Assembly: GCA_045613605.1 (NCBI GenBank)
Contig: JAZLBH010000033.1
Location: 1 to 39,671 of the forward strand
Origin: Eubacteriales bacterium
GTDB lineage: Bacteria > Bacillota > Clostridia > Oscillospirales > CAG-272
Direction of reading: 5' to 3'
Length of the DNA stretch: 39,671 nt
Shown: positions 15,737 to 23,389 of the stretch, one piece after another
Layout of the letters: each line of letters begins with the position of its first letter
How positions within the stretch are numbered: position 1 is the stretch's first letter
Position numbers and translations under genes: made by a program
The notes under the pieces: generated by a model
The model's database searches: none
Seen by the model: the letters and a program-made list of their open reading frames with translations, nothing else
What the model was told of the DNA's origin: nothing

Positions 15737-16771
15737 TCTTCTCAAATAGAGGGAATATTCGGGATTTAACTCTTTAACCAATTCGGGAAGAGCAAACATA
15801 TCCTCACTCCTGTGGTAAAGGGAAACGAGGAGCTTTGGCGCGTGCGCCTTTATCGTTTGAGCCGAGCCTAAAAGAGCCTCCTTTTCCGATCCTTCAACGT
15901 CATATTTTATGTAGTCGACTCCTTGAGTGCAAAGCAAGGAATCAAATGAAACGACGGGAACCTCCTTGATTTTAGATACGATATTACCCTTTGAAACAAT
16001 ACCCGCATTTCTATTGCCACTCGCGTCAAAAAGCAGGGTGGTGTTTTCATTCCACGCACCCGCGTTAACGCATTTTATCTCACAATTTTCAACACCCTGC
16101 GCGTATTCTGTGAGCTTTCTGAAATTCCTCGCATCGGGCTCAAGCGCGATAGCGCTCTTCAAATCGGGATTGAAACAAAGCATCTCTCTTATCGTGTCTC
16201 CATTGTATGCGCCAAGATCCGCATAGCTTTTTATATTCTGGCAGTCAAGAATTTTCTCATAAACCTCCGCTTTGTCGCTTTCACTCTTCCAAAGATAACG
16301 AATGTCACCGCTTAGCTTGTAGGAAATCACGTTTTCATAAATTCTCTTCGATTCCTCGTCGGCAAGCAAGTCATAAACCGCCTCAAATCTCTCTCGATTT
16401 TCCTCAAAAAACTCCATCGTGAAAAGGGTTTCTCCAAAAACGGGCACGTCGGGAGCATATAGCTCGCACTCCTCGCCCACCGTTTTGAAAAGTTCCATAA
16501 CGTCGGGAAGAGAAGAGGCAAACGATAGCAAAACGATGGGCTTTTGCCCGTCGTATTTTTCTTTCATTGCGGAATACGAAATTACCGTCTTGCCGTGGAA
16601 GGAGTGCCCGCGCACGAATCCGTCACTCGCAAAAAAGTCGGAAATTTCAATTCCGTATTTGTCGCAAACGGCAATAATCTTGTCCGCACCGTTGCCCATG
16701 CCGTACATAACTATGGGCCTTTCACATGTAGCAAGATAATGCCAAAGGTCATTTTTTATATTGATATTCAT
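15686..16771 (-). CDS. FkbM-family SAM-dependent methyltransferase with an N-terminal Rossmann-like extension
   Basis: 361 aa. C-terminal half has FkbM-type motifs YADLGAYNGDT, ALEPDARNFRKL and DYIKYDVEGSEKEAL. AGAGGTGA RBS. Confidence 0.75.
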   Translation of the reverse strand: MNINIKNDLWHYLATCERPIVMYGMGNGADKIIAVCDKYGIEISDFFASDGFVRGHSFHGKTVISYSAMKEKYDGQKPIVLLSFASSLPDVMELFKTVGEECELYAPDVPVFGETLFTMEFFEENRERFEAVYDLLADEESKRIYENVISYKLSGDIRYLWKSESDKAEVYEKILDCQNIKSYADLGAYNGDTIREMLCFNPDLKSAIALEPDARNFRKLTEYAQGVENCEIKCVNAGAWNENTTLLFDASGNRNAGIVSKGNIVSKIKEVPVVSFDSLLCTQGVDYIKYDVEGSEKEALLGSAQTIKAHAPKLLVSLYHRSEDMFALPELVKELNPEYSLYLRRFPYIPAWDLNLYAVKK

Positions 16772-16799
16772 TGAATCACCTCTTAATATTTTCGTCTAA

Positions 16800-16828
16800 A
16801 TTATAACATATATGAATAAAAATATCAA
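16800..16828 (-). promoter_or_regulatory. Sigma-A promoter of the methyltransferase gene
   Basis: On the minus strand: TTGATA (16823-16828), 17-nt spacer, TGtTATAAT (-10 at 16800-16805). Confidence 0.7.
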
Positions 16829-16981
16829 GCCTTAATCTTCAAATTCACCCATAAAACGCCTCAAAATTCTCAAAAATGAGAACAAGAAGCGTTTTTATTT
16901 TTACTGACAAACCTTAATCATTTGGAAACACTTTGTTTACAAAAAATTAATAATTTTTTTCAACTTTTTTTGAAAAAACTA

Positions 16982-17010
16982 TTGCATTTTTTCTTTATAT
17001 TTAGTATAAT
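16982..17010 (+). promoter_or_regulatory. Pmra-like promoter of the dcw cluster
   Basis: TTGCAT 16982-16987, 17-nt spacer, TATAAT 17005-17010. Lies ~90 nt upstream of mraZ. Confidence 0.7.
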
Positions 17011-17039
17011 AGTGATGCTTCGTGGTGGAAAATCCCACG

Positions 17040-17056
17040 AAAGTGTATAAAAGTGG
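17040..17056 (+). promoter_or_regulatory. Candidate MraZ operator repeats
   Basis: AAAGTGT-ATA-AAAGTGG direct repeat with 10-bp periodicity, between the -10 element and mraZ. Confidence 0.4.
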
Positions 17057-17101
17057 TGAATTTCAGGATTTTGCCCATCCCAAAGAAAGGAGTTAAAGAG
17101 T

Positions 17102-17524
17102 ATGTTATCAAACAATTTCAAGCACAACGTTGATACTAAAAATCGTCTTTTTGTGCCTGCAAAATATCGCGAAGAGCTTGGCGAAACCTTCGTTGTTTCT
17201 CAAAGCATCCGCGGAAATTATCTTAAAATATACTCCCACGCCGAATGGGAAAAATATATAGCGCCCATCAAGCTCCTTCCCAGAAAAACAAGTGAAGAAG
17301 CACTTCGTTTCTTGATCGGTAATTCAATCGAGGTTTCACCTGACGCGCAGGGAAGAATCATTCTTCCTCCCACAATGCTTCAGTTTGCTTCAATCACAAA
17401 GGGAACCGTGATCATCGGCTGCGGTGATTACGCTGAAATTTGGGCTGAGGAAACTTATGAAAACAATCAGGAAGAGCAGGATATGGAAGCACTCCGCGCG
17501 GCTCTTGAAGATTGCGGACTTTAA
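17102..17524 (+). CDS. mraZ: Transcriptional regulator MraZ
   Basis: 140 aa with two SpoVT/AbrB-like halves (DTKNRLFVPAKYREEL and DAQGRIILPPTMLQFA). First gene of the dcw cluster. Confidence 0.9.
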   Translation: MLSNNFKHNVDTKNRLFVPAKYREELGETFVVSQSIRGNYLKIYSHAEWEKYIAPIKLLPRKTSEEALRFLIGNSIEVSPDAQGRIILPPTMLQFASITKGTVIIGCGDYAEIWAEETYENNQEEQDMEALRAALEDCGL

Positions 17525-17526
17525 TT

Positions 17527-18453
17527 ATGAGTGAGTTTTCACATTTTTCCGTGCTCTTAAATGAGTGCATTGAAAATCTTAACATAAAGCCCGACGGCGT
17601 GTACGTTGACGGCACTGCCGGCGGTGCAGGGCACTCCTCAAGGATTGCCGAGAGGATTGGGGGCGGATTGCTGATTCCCATCGACCAAGACGAAGATGCT
17701 ATAAGGGTTATCACTGAGCGCCTTGCTCCATTTGGAGATAAGGTGAAAATCGTTAGAGATAATTTTTCAAATATCAAGAATATTTTGAAAGATCTCGAAA
17801 TTGATAAGATCGACGGTCTTTTGCTTGACCTCGGTGTTTCATCATATCAGCTTGACACCGCTGAAAGAGGATTTTCATATATGGCGGATGCTCCGCTGGA
17901 TATGAGAATGGATAACAGAGCTATAAGGAGCGCGTATACAGTTGTTAATAATTATACTGCTGATGAGCTTAAAAAGGTTATTTACGAGTTTGGTGAAGAG
18001 AGATTCGCACCCAAAATCGTTGCGGGAATAATTGAAGCAAGACCTGTTGAAACAACGGGTGAGCTTGTTGAAATAATAAAAAGATCACTTCCTTCGTTTG
18101 CAAGAAAGGAAGAATGGAGCTCGGTTAAAAGAGTTTTCCAGGCAATTAGAATCGAGGTTAACAAGGAGCTTGACGTTATTGCGCCAACGATTGAGGCGGC
18201 AGTTAACGCAATGAACGCGGGCGGTCGAATTGTGATTATCACATTCCACTCGCTTGAGGATAGAATTGTTAAGCAAACCTTCAATTCACTTGCCACGGGC
18301 TGCACGTGTCCAAAGAATTTCCCTGTATGCGTGTGTGGAAACAAGCCCAAAATAAAGATAATCACTAAAAAGCCAATACTTCCAAGCGATGAGGAGCTTG
18401 CGGTGAACAGCCGTTCAAAAAGCGCAAAGCTCAGGGTTGCTGAGAAAATATAA
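17527..18453 (+). CDS. rsmH: 16S rRNA (cytosine1402-N4)-methyltransferase RsmH
   Basis: HFSVLLNE, YVDGTAGGAGHS, LLDLGVSSYQLD and ITFHSLEDRIVK motifs. Start set to ATG 17527 (the track starts at TTG 17512). Confidence 0.9.
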   Translation: MSEFSHFSVLLNECIENLNIKPDGVYVDGTAGGAGHSSRIAERIGGGLLIPIDQDEDAIRVITERLAPFGDKVKIVRDNFSNIKNILKDLEIDKIDGLLLDLGVSSYQLDTAERGFSYMADAPLDMRMDNRAIRSAYTVVNNYTADELKKVIYEFGEERFAPKIVAGIIEARPVETTGELVEIIKRSLPSFARKEEWSSVKRVFQAIRIEVNKELDVIAPTIEAAVNAMNAGGRIVIITFHSLEDRIVKQTFNSLATGCTCPKNFPVCVCGNKPKIKIITKKPILPSDEELAVNSRSKSAKLRVAEKI

Positions 18454-18471
18454 AAGAAAGGAAGCTCCGCG

Positions 18472-19389
18472 ATGAAAAAAGCTCAAAACGCATCTAATCA
18501 CGAAAAAGCGCTTGACGAGCTTGTAAAACGTTACGAGAAACGCGGTGAGGCTTACAATAAAAGTCCCGAATATGCTGAACAACAGAGTCGCGAGATGGAA
18601 ATGAGGGCAAACCTCAGAAAATCCAATAAAACCTCGACTCAGGAGATAGAAAATCTTAGAGGTGATAAAACGGTTGCCTCGAGGAGAAGCAATTCTTCTG
18701 ATGATGATGACTTTGCAGAGTATTACAGGGCATCTCGCGAATACACTCCGAGCACAACTGCTGAGCCGGATGCATTCGTTATGATGCACGGCATGGAGCA
18801 ATCGGGATATACTAAGAAAAGCAATATGAATAATAAAGACAGTAACGATATAAAGGCCAAGCTTCGTGCGGAGGCGGACCGAACCAATCCCAAAGGCACG
18901 GATAAGGCTTCGGCACCGAGTGAAAACGAAGAGGCAGGCAAGAAAACCTCTAAAATCAAGGAGGCGGCTAAGGTTGCGGCAAAGACCTGGCTACCTGTTG
19001 AGGACAGAAAAAGCGAGAACATAGTTAAGGGCGGTAAAAACAAAATACCCGTAACCTTGATACTTGCAATAATAGTAATTATGATATCTCTTTTTATGAT
19101 AGTTGGCTCAGCGGTGTTGCTGAGCTCCGCCAAGAGAGAGCAAAATGATCTTAAAGATAAAATTTCTGAAATAGACACTGAAATTTCAGAGCTTCGTACC
19201 GATCTTGATAAAAAGAATGCCGAAGCTGATATTGAGAAATTTGCTACCGAAGAGCTTGGTATGATAAGCAAGGAACACGTAAATTTTGAATATATAAACA
19301 GTAACAAAACAGATGAGCTTGAAAAGGAAGAAATAAAAAAGGTATCCTTTGGCTCATTGATGAAATGGATTTTTCAGCAATTCAAATGA
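18472..19389 (+). CDS. ftsL: FtsL/DivIC-like cell-division protein with a long N-terminal cytoplasmic extension
   Basis: Position between rsmH and the PBP gene. Single TM (IPVTLILAIIVIMISLFMIVGSAVLL) followed by a coiled coil and IEKFATEELGMISKEHV motif. About 200 aa of K/E/S/N/D-rich sequence precede the TM. Confidence 0.7.
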   Translation: MKKAQNASNHEKALDELVKRYEKRGEAYNKSPEYAEQQSREMEMRANLRKSNKTSTQEIENLRGDKTVASRRSNSSDDDDFAEYYRASREYTPSTTAEPDAFVMMHGMEQSGYTKKSNMNNKDSNDIKAKLRAEADRTNPKGTDKASAPSENEEAGKKTSKIKEAAKVAAKTWLPVEDRKSENIVKGGKNKIPVTLILAIIVIMISLFMIVGSAVLLSSAKREQNDLKDKISEIDTEISELRTDLDKKNAEADIEKFATEELGMISKEHVNFEYINSNKTDELEKEEIKKVSFGSLMKWIFQQFK

Positions 19390-19459
19390 AAAATCATAAA
19401 CAAGTCCTTCTTTGAATAATATGAAGAAGGCAGATTTCTTTCCATTTGCCACACTTGAA

Positions 19460-19563
19460 AAACGGTGAAGAGCAAACCGAGCGTCTTTCGTGAGGGTTGG
19501 CGCGAGGTGCGGAGCAAAAGCAACGGCCCATTTGCTTGAATCCGGCTCTCACCGTTTATTTTC
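19460..19563 (+). other. Unassigned structured RNA / terminator-like element between ftsL and the PBP gene
   Basis: 13-bp closing helix 19460-19473 / 19545-19557 (one bulged A) encloses ~70 nt with internal hairpins, followed by TTTATTTTC. Confidence 0.4.
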
Positions 19564-19597
19564 GTAAATGGTAAATAGTGAAAAGGAGCGTGATGAT

Positions 19598-21862
19598 ATG
19601 AATAATGAATCCATAAATCACGAAAGATTAAAAAGAGCTACCATAGTTCTTGTTGGAATATTGCTTGTATTTGCAATACTTCTTGGAAGAATTTTTTGGA
19701 TACAAACGGTTGACTTCGATAAATATCTTTCGAACGTCATGGATCAGATAACCACAGAAAATAAGGTTTCTGCCCAACGCGGAACAATTTATGATAAAAA
19801 CGGCAACGTGCTTGCCACAAATATAACAACGTACAGAGTATTTATTGACCCCCGTGTGATTTCTAATAATCAAAAGGAAGCCGATAAAGAGGGAAGCTCG
19901 GTGAGTTATGCCGAGCATATTTCAAAAGGCTTATCGGAAATATTGGGAGTTGATTACGATGAAATATATAAAAAGGCCTTGAAGGATTCCAAAGACCAAA
20001 CCATTTTGAAGGAGGTCATGCCCGAGAAGGCTATGGAGGTAAGTCAATTCATCTTAGATAACGATTACGATGATATGATTTACTTGGAAACGATGACAAC
20101 GAGATATTATCCGAATTACGAGCTTGCATCATCCGTTTTGGGATTTACCAACTATGACGGCGACGGTGTTTACGGGCTTGAATCGCAGTATAATTCAATA
20201 CTTGCAGGTACGGACGGATATTACGTTACGGCACGAGATTCCTACGGAAACGAGATGCCCTATGAATATGAAACCTACATTCCCGCGCAAAACGGCGGAA
20301 ATCTTACAACGACGATAGATGCCTACATTCAGCAGTGTCTTGAGGAGCAGCTTCTTGCAACTGTAAATGAATGCGGAGCCCAAAACAGAGCCTGCGGAAT
20401 CGTGGTTAACGTTAAAACGGGCGCGATACTTGCTATGGCGACCGTTCCCGGTTATGATTTGAACGACCCGTGGACGCTTAATGAATATTATTCTAACTTT
20501 CTTATAGAGGATGCGCTTGTAGAGGGAACGGACGAATACGAGGCGGCAAGGCAAAAGTACCTTATGGATATGTGGAGAAACAAGGCGGTTTCGGACTCCT
20601 ACATTCCGGGATCTACCTTTAAGGTCGTTTCATCCTCAATGGCATTGACAGAAAACAAGGTTCAGCTAGAGCACGACGACGTTTTTTGCGGCGGCTCACT
20701 TAATATGTATGGACACACCATCCATTGCCACGTCCTTCAAGGTCACGGACTTTTAAGCTTTGCGCAAGGTCTTGTTCAATCCTGCAACGTATGGTTTATG
20801 ACCATCGGAGAGCGCCTTGGAACGGCTAAATTCTTTGATTATTTCAAATCCTTCGGATATCTTGAAAAAACGGGAATCGATCTTCCTGCCGAGGGAAACA
20901 GTGTAATAAAATCACAAAATGACGTGACTGATCTTGACCTTGCAATTTATGCATTCGGTCAAAACTTCAATATCACACCCATTCAGCATATGATGGCAAT
21001 AGCGGCTGTTGCTAACGGCGGTTATTTGTTAGAGCCATATCTTGTTGAACAGATCACGGACAATGACGGCAACGTAACCTATCAGCACGAGGCACAGGTT
21101 AAACGTCAGGTTATCAGCCAAGACGTTTGCGATAAGCTTTCGGTTATTCTTGAAGAGGGCGTTTCCGGTGACGGAGGCGCGAAAAACGTTTATGTTGCGG
21201 GATACAAAATTGCAGCAAAAACGGGTACCAGTGAAAAGAAGGGTACTGAAATACGCGTTGACAACGTTGAGCCCTATATCTGCTCATGCGTAGCGTTTGC
21301 TCCTGCGGACGATCCCGAAATTGCAATTCTTATTATGGTTGATGAGCCAAGCCAAGGCGTGCTTTACGGAAGCGTTATAGCTGCCCCTTACATGGGTGCG
21401 CTTATGGAGGACATTCTTCCTTATATCGGAGTTGAAAAGGACGTTTCAACGGATAACAGCGTAAAGGTTCCTTATCTTATGGATCTTTCACTTGAGGAAG
21501 CGATCTTGCAGGCTGAGGATTATAATTACGAGGTAATCGTTAAGGGTAATGGAAATTACGTGACCGACCAAATGCCCAAGGGCGGATCGGTTATTGACAG
21601 AACGAATAAAATAATCACTCTGTATACGGGTGATGCCGAGCCCGAGGCTACGGTTACTGTGCCGAATCTTGTGGGCAAGGGTGCATTTGCGGCTAATCAA
21701 ATGCTTATAAATGCAAAGCTTAATATATGCATTGACGGTACCGACAATTATATGAGCGGTGCGGGTGCGGTAGTAATTGAGCAATCAATTCCCGCGGGAA
21801 CAAAGGTTGAACCGGGAACTATAGTTACTATAACGTTTAGATATTTAGATCCGGACGAATAA
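19598..21862 (+). CDS. Class B penicillin-binding protein (FtsI/SpoVD/PBP2B-type transpeptidase) with two C-terminal PASTA domains
   Basis: STFK, SCN and KTGT active-site motifs. N-terminal TM plus PBP dimerisation domain. Two PASTA-like repeats at the C-terminus. Start set to ATG 19598 (AAAGGAG RBS at 19582-19588); the track starts at 19568. Confidence 0.9.
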   Translation: MNNESINHERLKRATIVLVGILLVFAILLGRIFWIQTVDFDKYLSNVMDQITTENKVSAQRGTIYDKNGNVLATNITTYRVFIDPRVISNNQKEADKEGSSVSYAEHISKGLSEILGVDYDEIYKKALKDSKDQTILKEVMPEKAMEVSQFILDNDYDDMIYLETMTTRYYPNYELASSVLGFTNYDGDGVYGLESQYNSILAGTDGYYVTARDSYGNEMPYEYETYIPAQNGGNLTTTIDAYIQQCLEEQLLATVNECGAQNRACGIVVNVKTGAILAMATVPGYDLNDPWTLNEYYSNFLIEDALVEGTDEYEAARQKYLMDMWRNKAVSDSYIPGSTFKVVSSSMALTENKVQLEHDDVFCGGSLNMYGHTIHCHVLQGHGLLSFAQGLVQSCNVWFMTIGERLGTAKFFDYFKSFGYLEKTGIDLPAEGNSVIKSQNDVTDLDLAIYAFGQNFNITPIQHMMAIAAVANGGYLLEPYLVEQITDNDGNVTYQHEAQVKRQVISQDVCDKLSVILEEGVSGDGGAKNVYVAGYKIAAKTGTSEKKGTEIRVDNVEPYICSCVAFAPADDPEIAILIMVDEPSQGVLYGSVIAAPYMGALMEDILPYIGVEKDVSTDNSVKVPYLMDLSLEEAILQAEDYNYEVIVKGNGNYVTDQMPKGGSVIDRTNKIITLYTGDAEPEATVTVPNLVGKGAFAANQMLINAKLNICIDGTDNYMSGAGAVVIEQSIPAGTKVEPGTIVTITFRYLDPDE

Positions 21863-21898
21863 AGGAAGTGTAAAAAGTTTCTCATTGGGGAGGGCTTT

Positions 21899-23389
21899 AT
21901 GAGGCTTCTAGACATTTGTCAAAAAACAAATATTGATTGTCCAAAGCATCTTGAGGGCATTGAGGTGTTGGGCATTACGTCAAATTCCAAGAGGGTGAGG
22001 GAGGGCTACGTTTTCGTTTGCCTTTGCGGAAGCAAAAACGACGGTCACGGCTATATCAACGAAGCATTGATGAACGGTGCTTGTGCCGTGATTATTGAAA
22101 AAGAAATTTTTTCGTGTCACTGCTCAATATTGGTCAATGACACAAGAAGTGCTCTTGCAAAAATGATGAATGCTTTTTGCGGTGAGCCAACAAAAGATTT
22201 AAGATTTATCGCTGTGACGGGCACAAACGGTAAAACAAGCGTGTCCGTTATGATAAAAAATATATTTGATAAAGCAAATATACCTTGTGAGGTCATCGGT
22301 ACAATTCATAACTCGTCCTTTCTTGAAAATGACGATGACGTCACTTCAAATTTCACAACGCCCGATCCTGAGGAGCTATATCCTCAGCTTCGAAGGATCT
22401 TGGGCGCTGGGAAAAGGATCGTGATAATGGAAGCAAGCTCACACGCGCTAAAGCTTAAAAAGCTTGAACCGATTGAGTTTGAAATTGGTATTTTTACCAA
22501 CTTAACTGAGGATCATCTCGATTTTCATTTGACGATGGAAGATTATTTCAAGTCTAAACTTACCTTATTTGATAAGTGCAAGCGTGGAATAATAAATATC
22601 GATGATGAATACGGAAAACTGATTGTGAAATCTTCATCCTGCGCTCACACGACCTGCTCACTTAAGCAGCTTGCAAATTACCGGGCGTGTGACCTTGATT
22701 ATCAAGGCGAGCGCGGAGTTAAATATAAAATAAAAACGTTTGATAACAGCTTTGATATATTTTGCAAAGCTCCCGGTGAATTTTCAATTATGAATTCGAT
22801 GCAGGCGATTGCCTGCGCGCGTGAATTCGGCATAAATGAATATATCATAAAGGATGCCTTCAAAAGCTTTGATGGAGTCAAGGGAAGACTTGAAAAAATC
22901 GACCTTTTTGAGGGTTGGGGCTTTGCGGCCTTTATAGATTATGCTCACACTCCCGATGCCCTGCAAAAGCTTTTGAATACCGCGAACAGCTTCAAAAAGA
23001 AAGGGCAAAGAGTTGTTTTGCTCTTTGGTTGTGGCGGTGACAGAGAAAAGGAAAAACGAAAAATAATGGGTGATATCGCTTCAAAAAATGCGGATTTCGT
23101 TATAGTAACGAGTGACAATCCGCGAAGTGAAAATCCACAAGATATAATCAATCAAATACTTGAGGGAATGGCGGATGCAAGTAATTTTGCAGTGATTCCC
23201 GACAGAAAAAGGGCTATCGAATATGCGATAGCGACTGCGAGAGTGGGAGATATAATCCTGCTTGCAGGAAAGGGACACGAAAATTACGAGATAAACGCAA
23301 GTGGACGAATTCCGTTCGATGAGCGAGAAATCTTACGTGACTTATACAAAAAATACTACGAAAGGAAGTGTATGAACAATGAAAATTAA
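21899..23389 (+). CDS. murE: UDP-N-acetylmuramoyl-L-alanyl-D-glutamate--2,6-diaminopimelate ligase
   Basis: VTGTNGKTS P-loop. The DNPR motif (SDNPRSE) is associated with meso-DAP specificity. dcw synteny. Confidence 0.9.
   Translation: MRLLDICQKTNIDCPKHLEGIEVLGITSNSKRVREGYVFVCLCGSKNDGHGYINEALMNGACAVIIEKEIFSCHCSILVNDTRSALAKMMNAFCGEPTKDLRFIAVTGTNGKTSVSVMIKNIFDKANIPCEVIGTIHNSSFLENDDDVTSNFTTPDPEELYPQLRRILGAGKRIVIMEASSHALKLKKLEPIEFEIGIFTNLTEDHLDFHLTMEDYFKSKLTLFDKCKRGIINIDDEYGKLIVKSSSCAHTTCSLKQLANYRACDLDYQGERGVKYKIKTFDNSFDIFCKAPGEFSIMNSMQAIACAREFGINEYIIKDAFKSFDGVKGRLEKIDLFEGWGFAAFIDYAHTPDALQKLLNTANSFKKKGQRVVLLFGCGGDREKEKRKIMGDIASKNADFVIVTSDNPRSENPQDIINQILEGMADASNFAVIPDRKRAIEYAIATARVGDIILLAGKGHENYEINASGRIPFDEREILRDLYKKYYERKCMNNEN

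Noticed and set aside
16853-16900. Terminator-like hairpin (AAAACGC...TTCTCA-AAAA-TGAGAA...GCGTTTT followed by TTTTTATTTTT) in the divergent intergenic region upstream of mraZ
   Set aside because: No + strand gene or convincing promoter lies upstream for it to terminate. The stem is short and AT-rich with large internal loops. It may be an insulator or a chance structure, and there is not enough support to call it a feature.
19460-19563. Possible c-di-GMP-I (GEMM) or ydaO-type riboswitch, suggested by GCAAACC, GAGCAAAAGC and CGGCC...UCCGG strings
   Set aside because: The resemblance is limited to short strings. The GNRA tetraloop/receptor arrangement and the conserved ACGCAAAGC core of GEMM-I are absent, as are the GGGGA/GGGGUGAAUC boxes of ydaO. 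It is kept only as an unassigned structured element.
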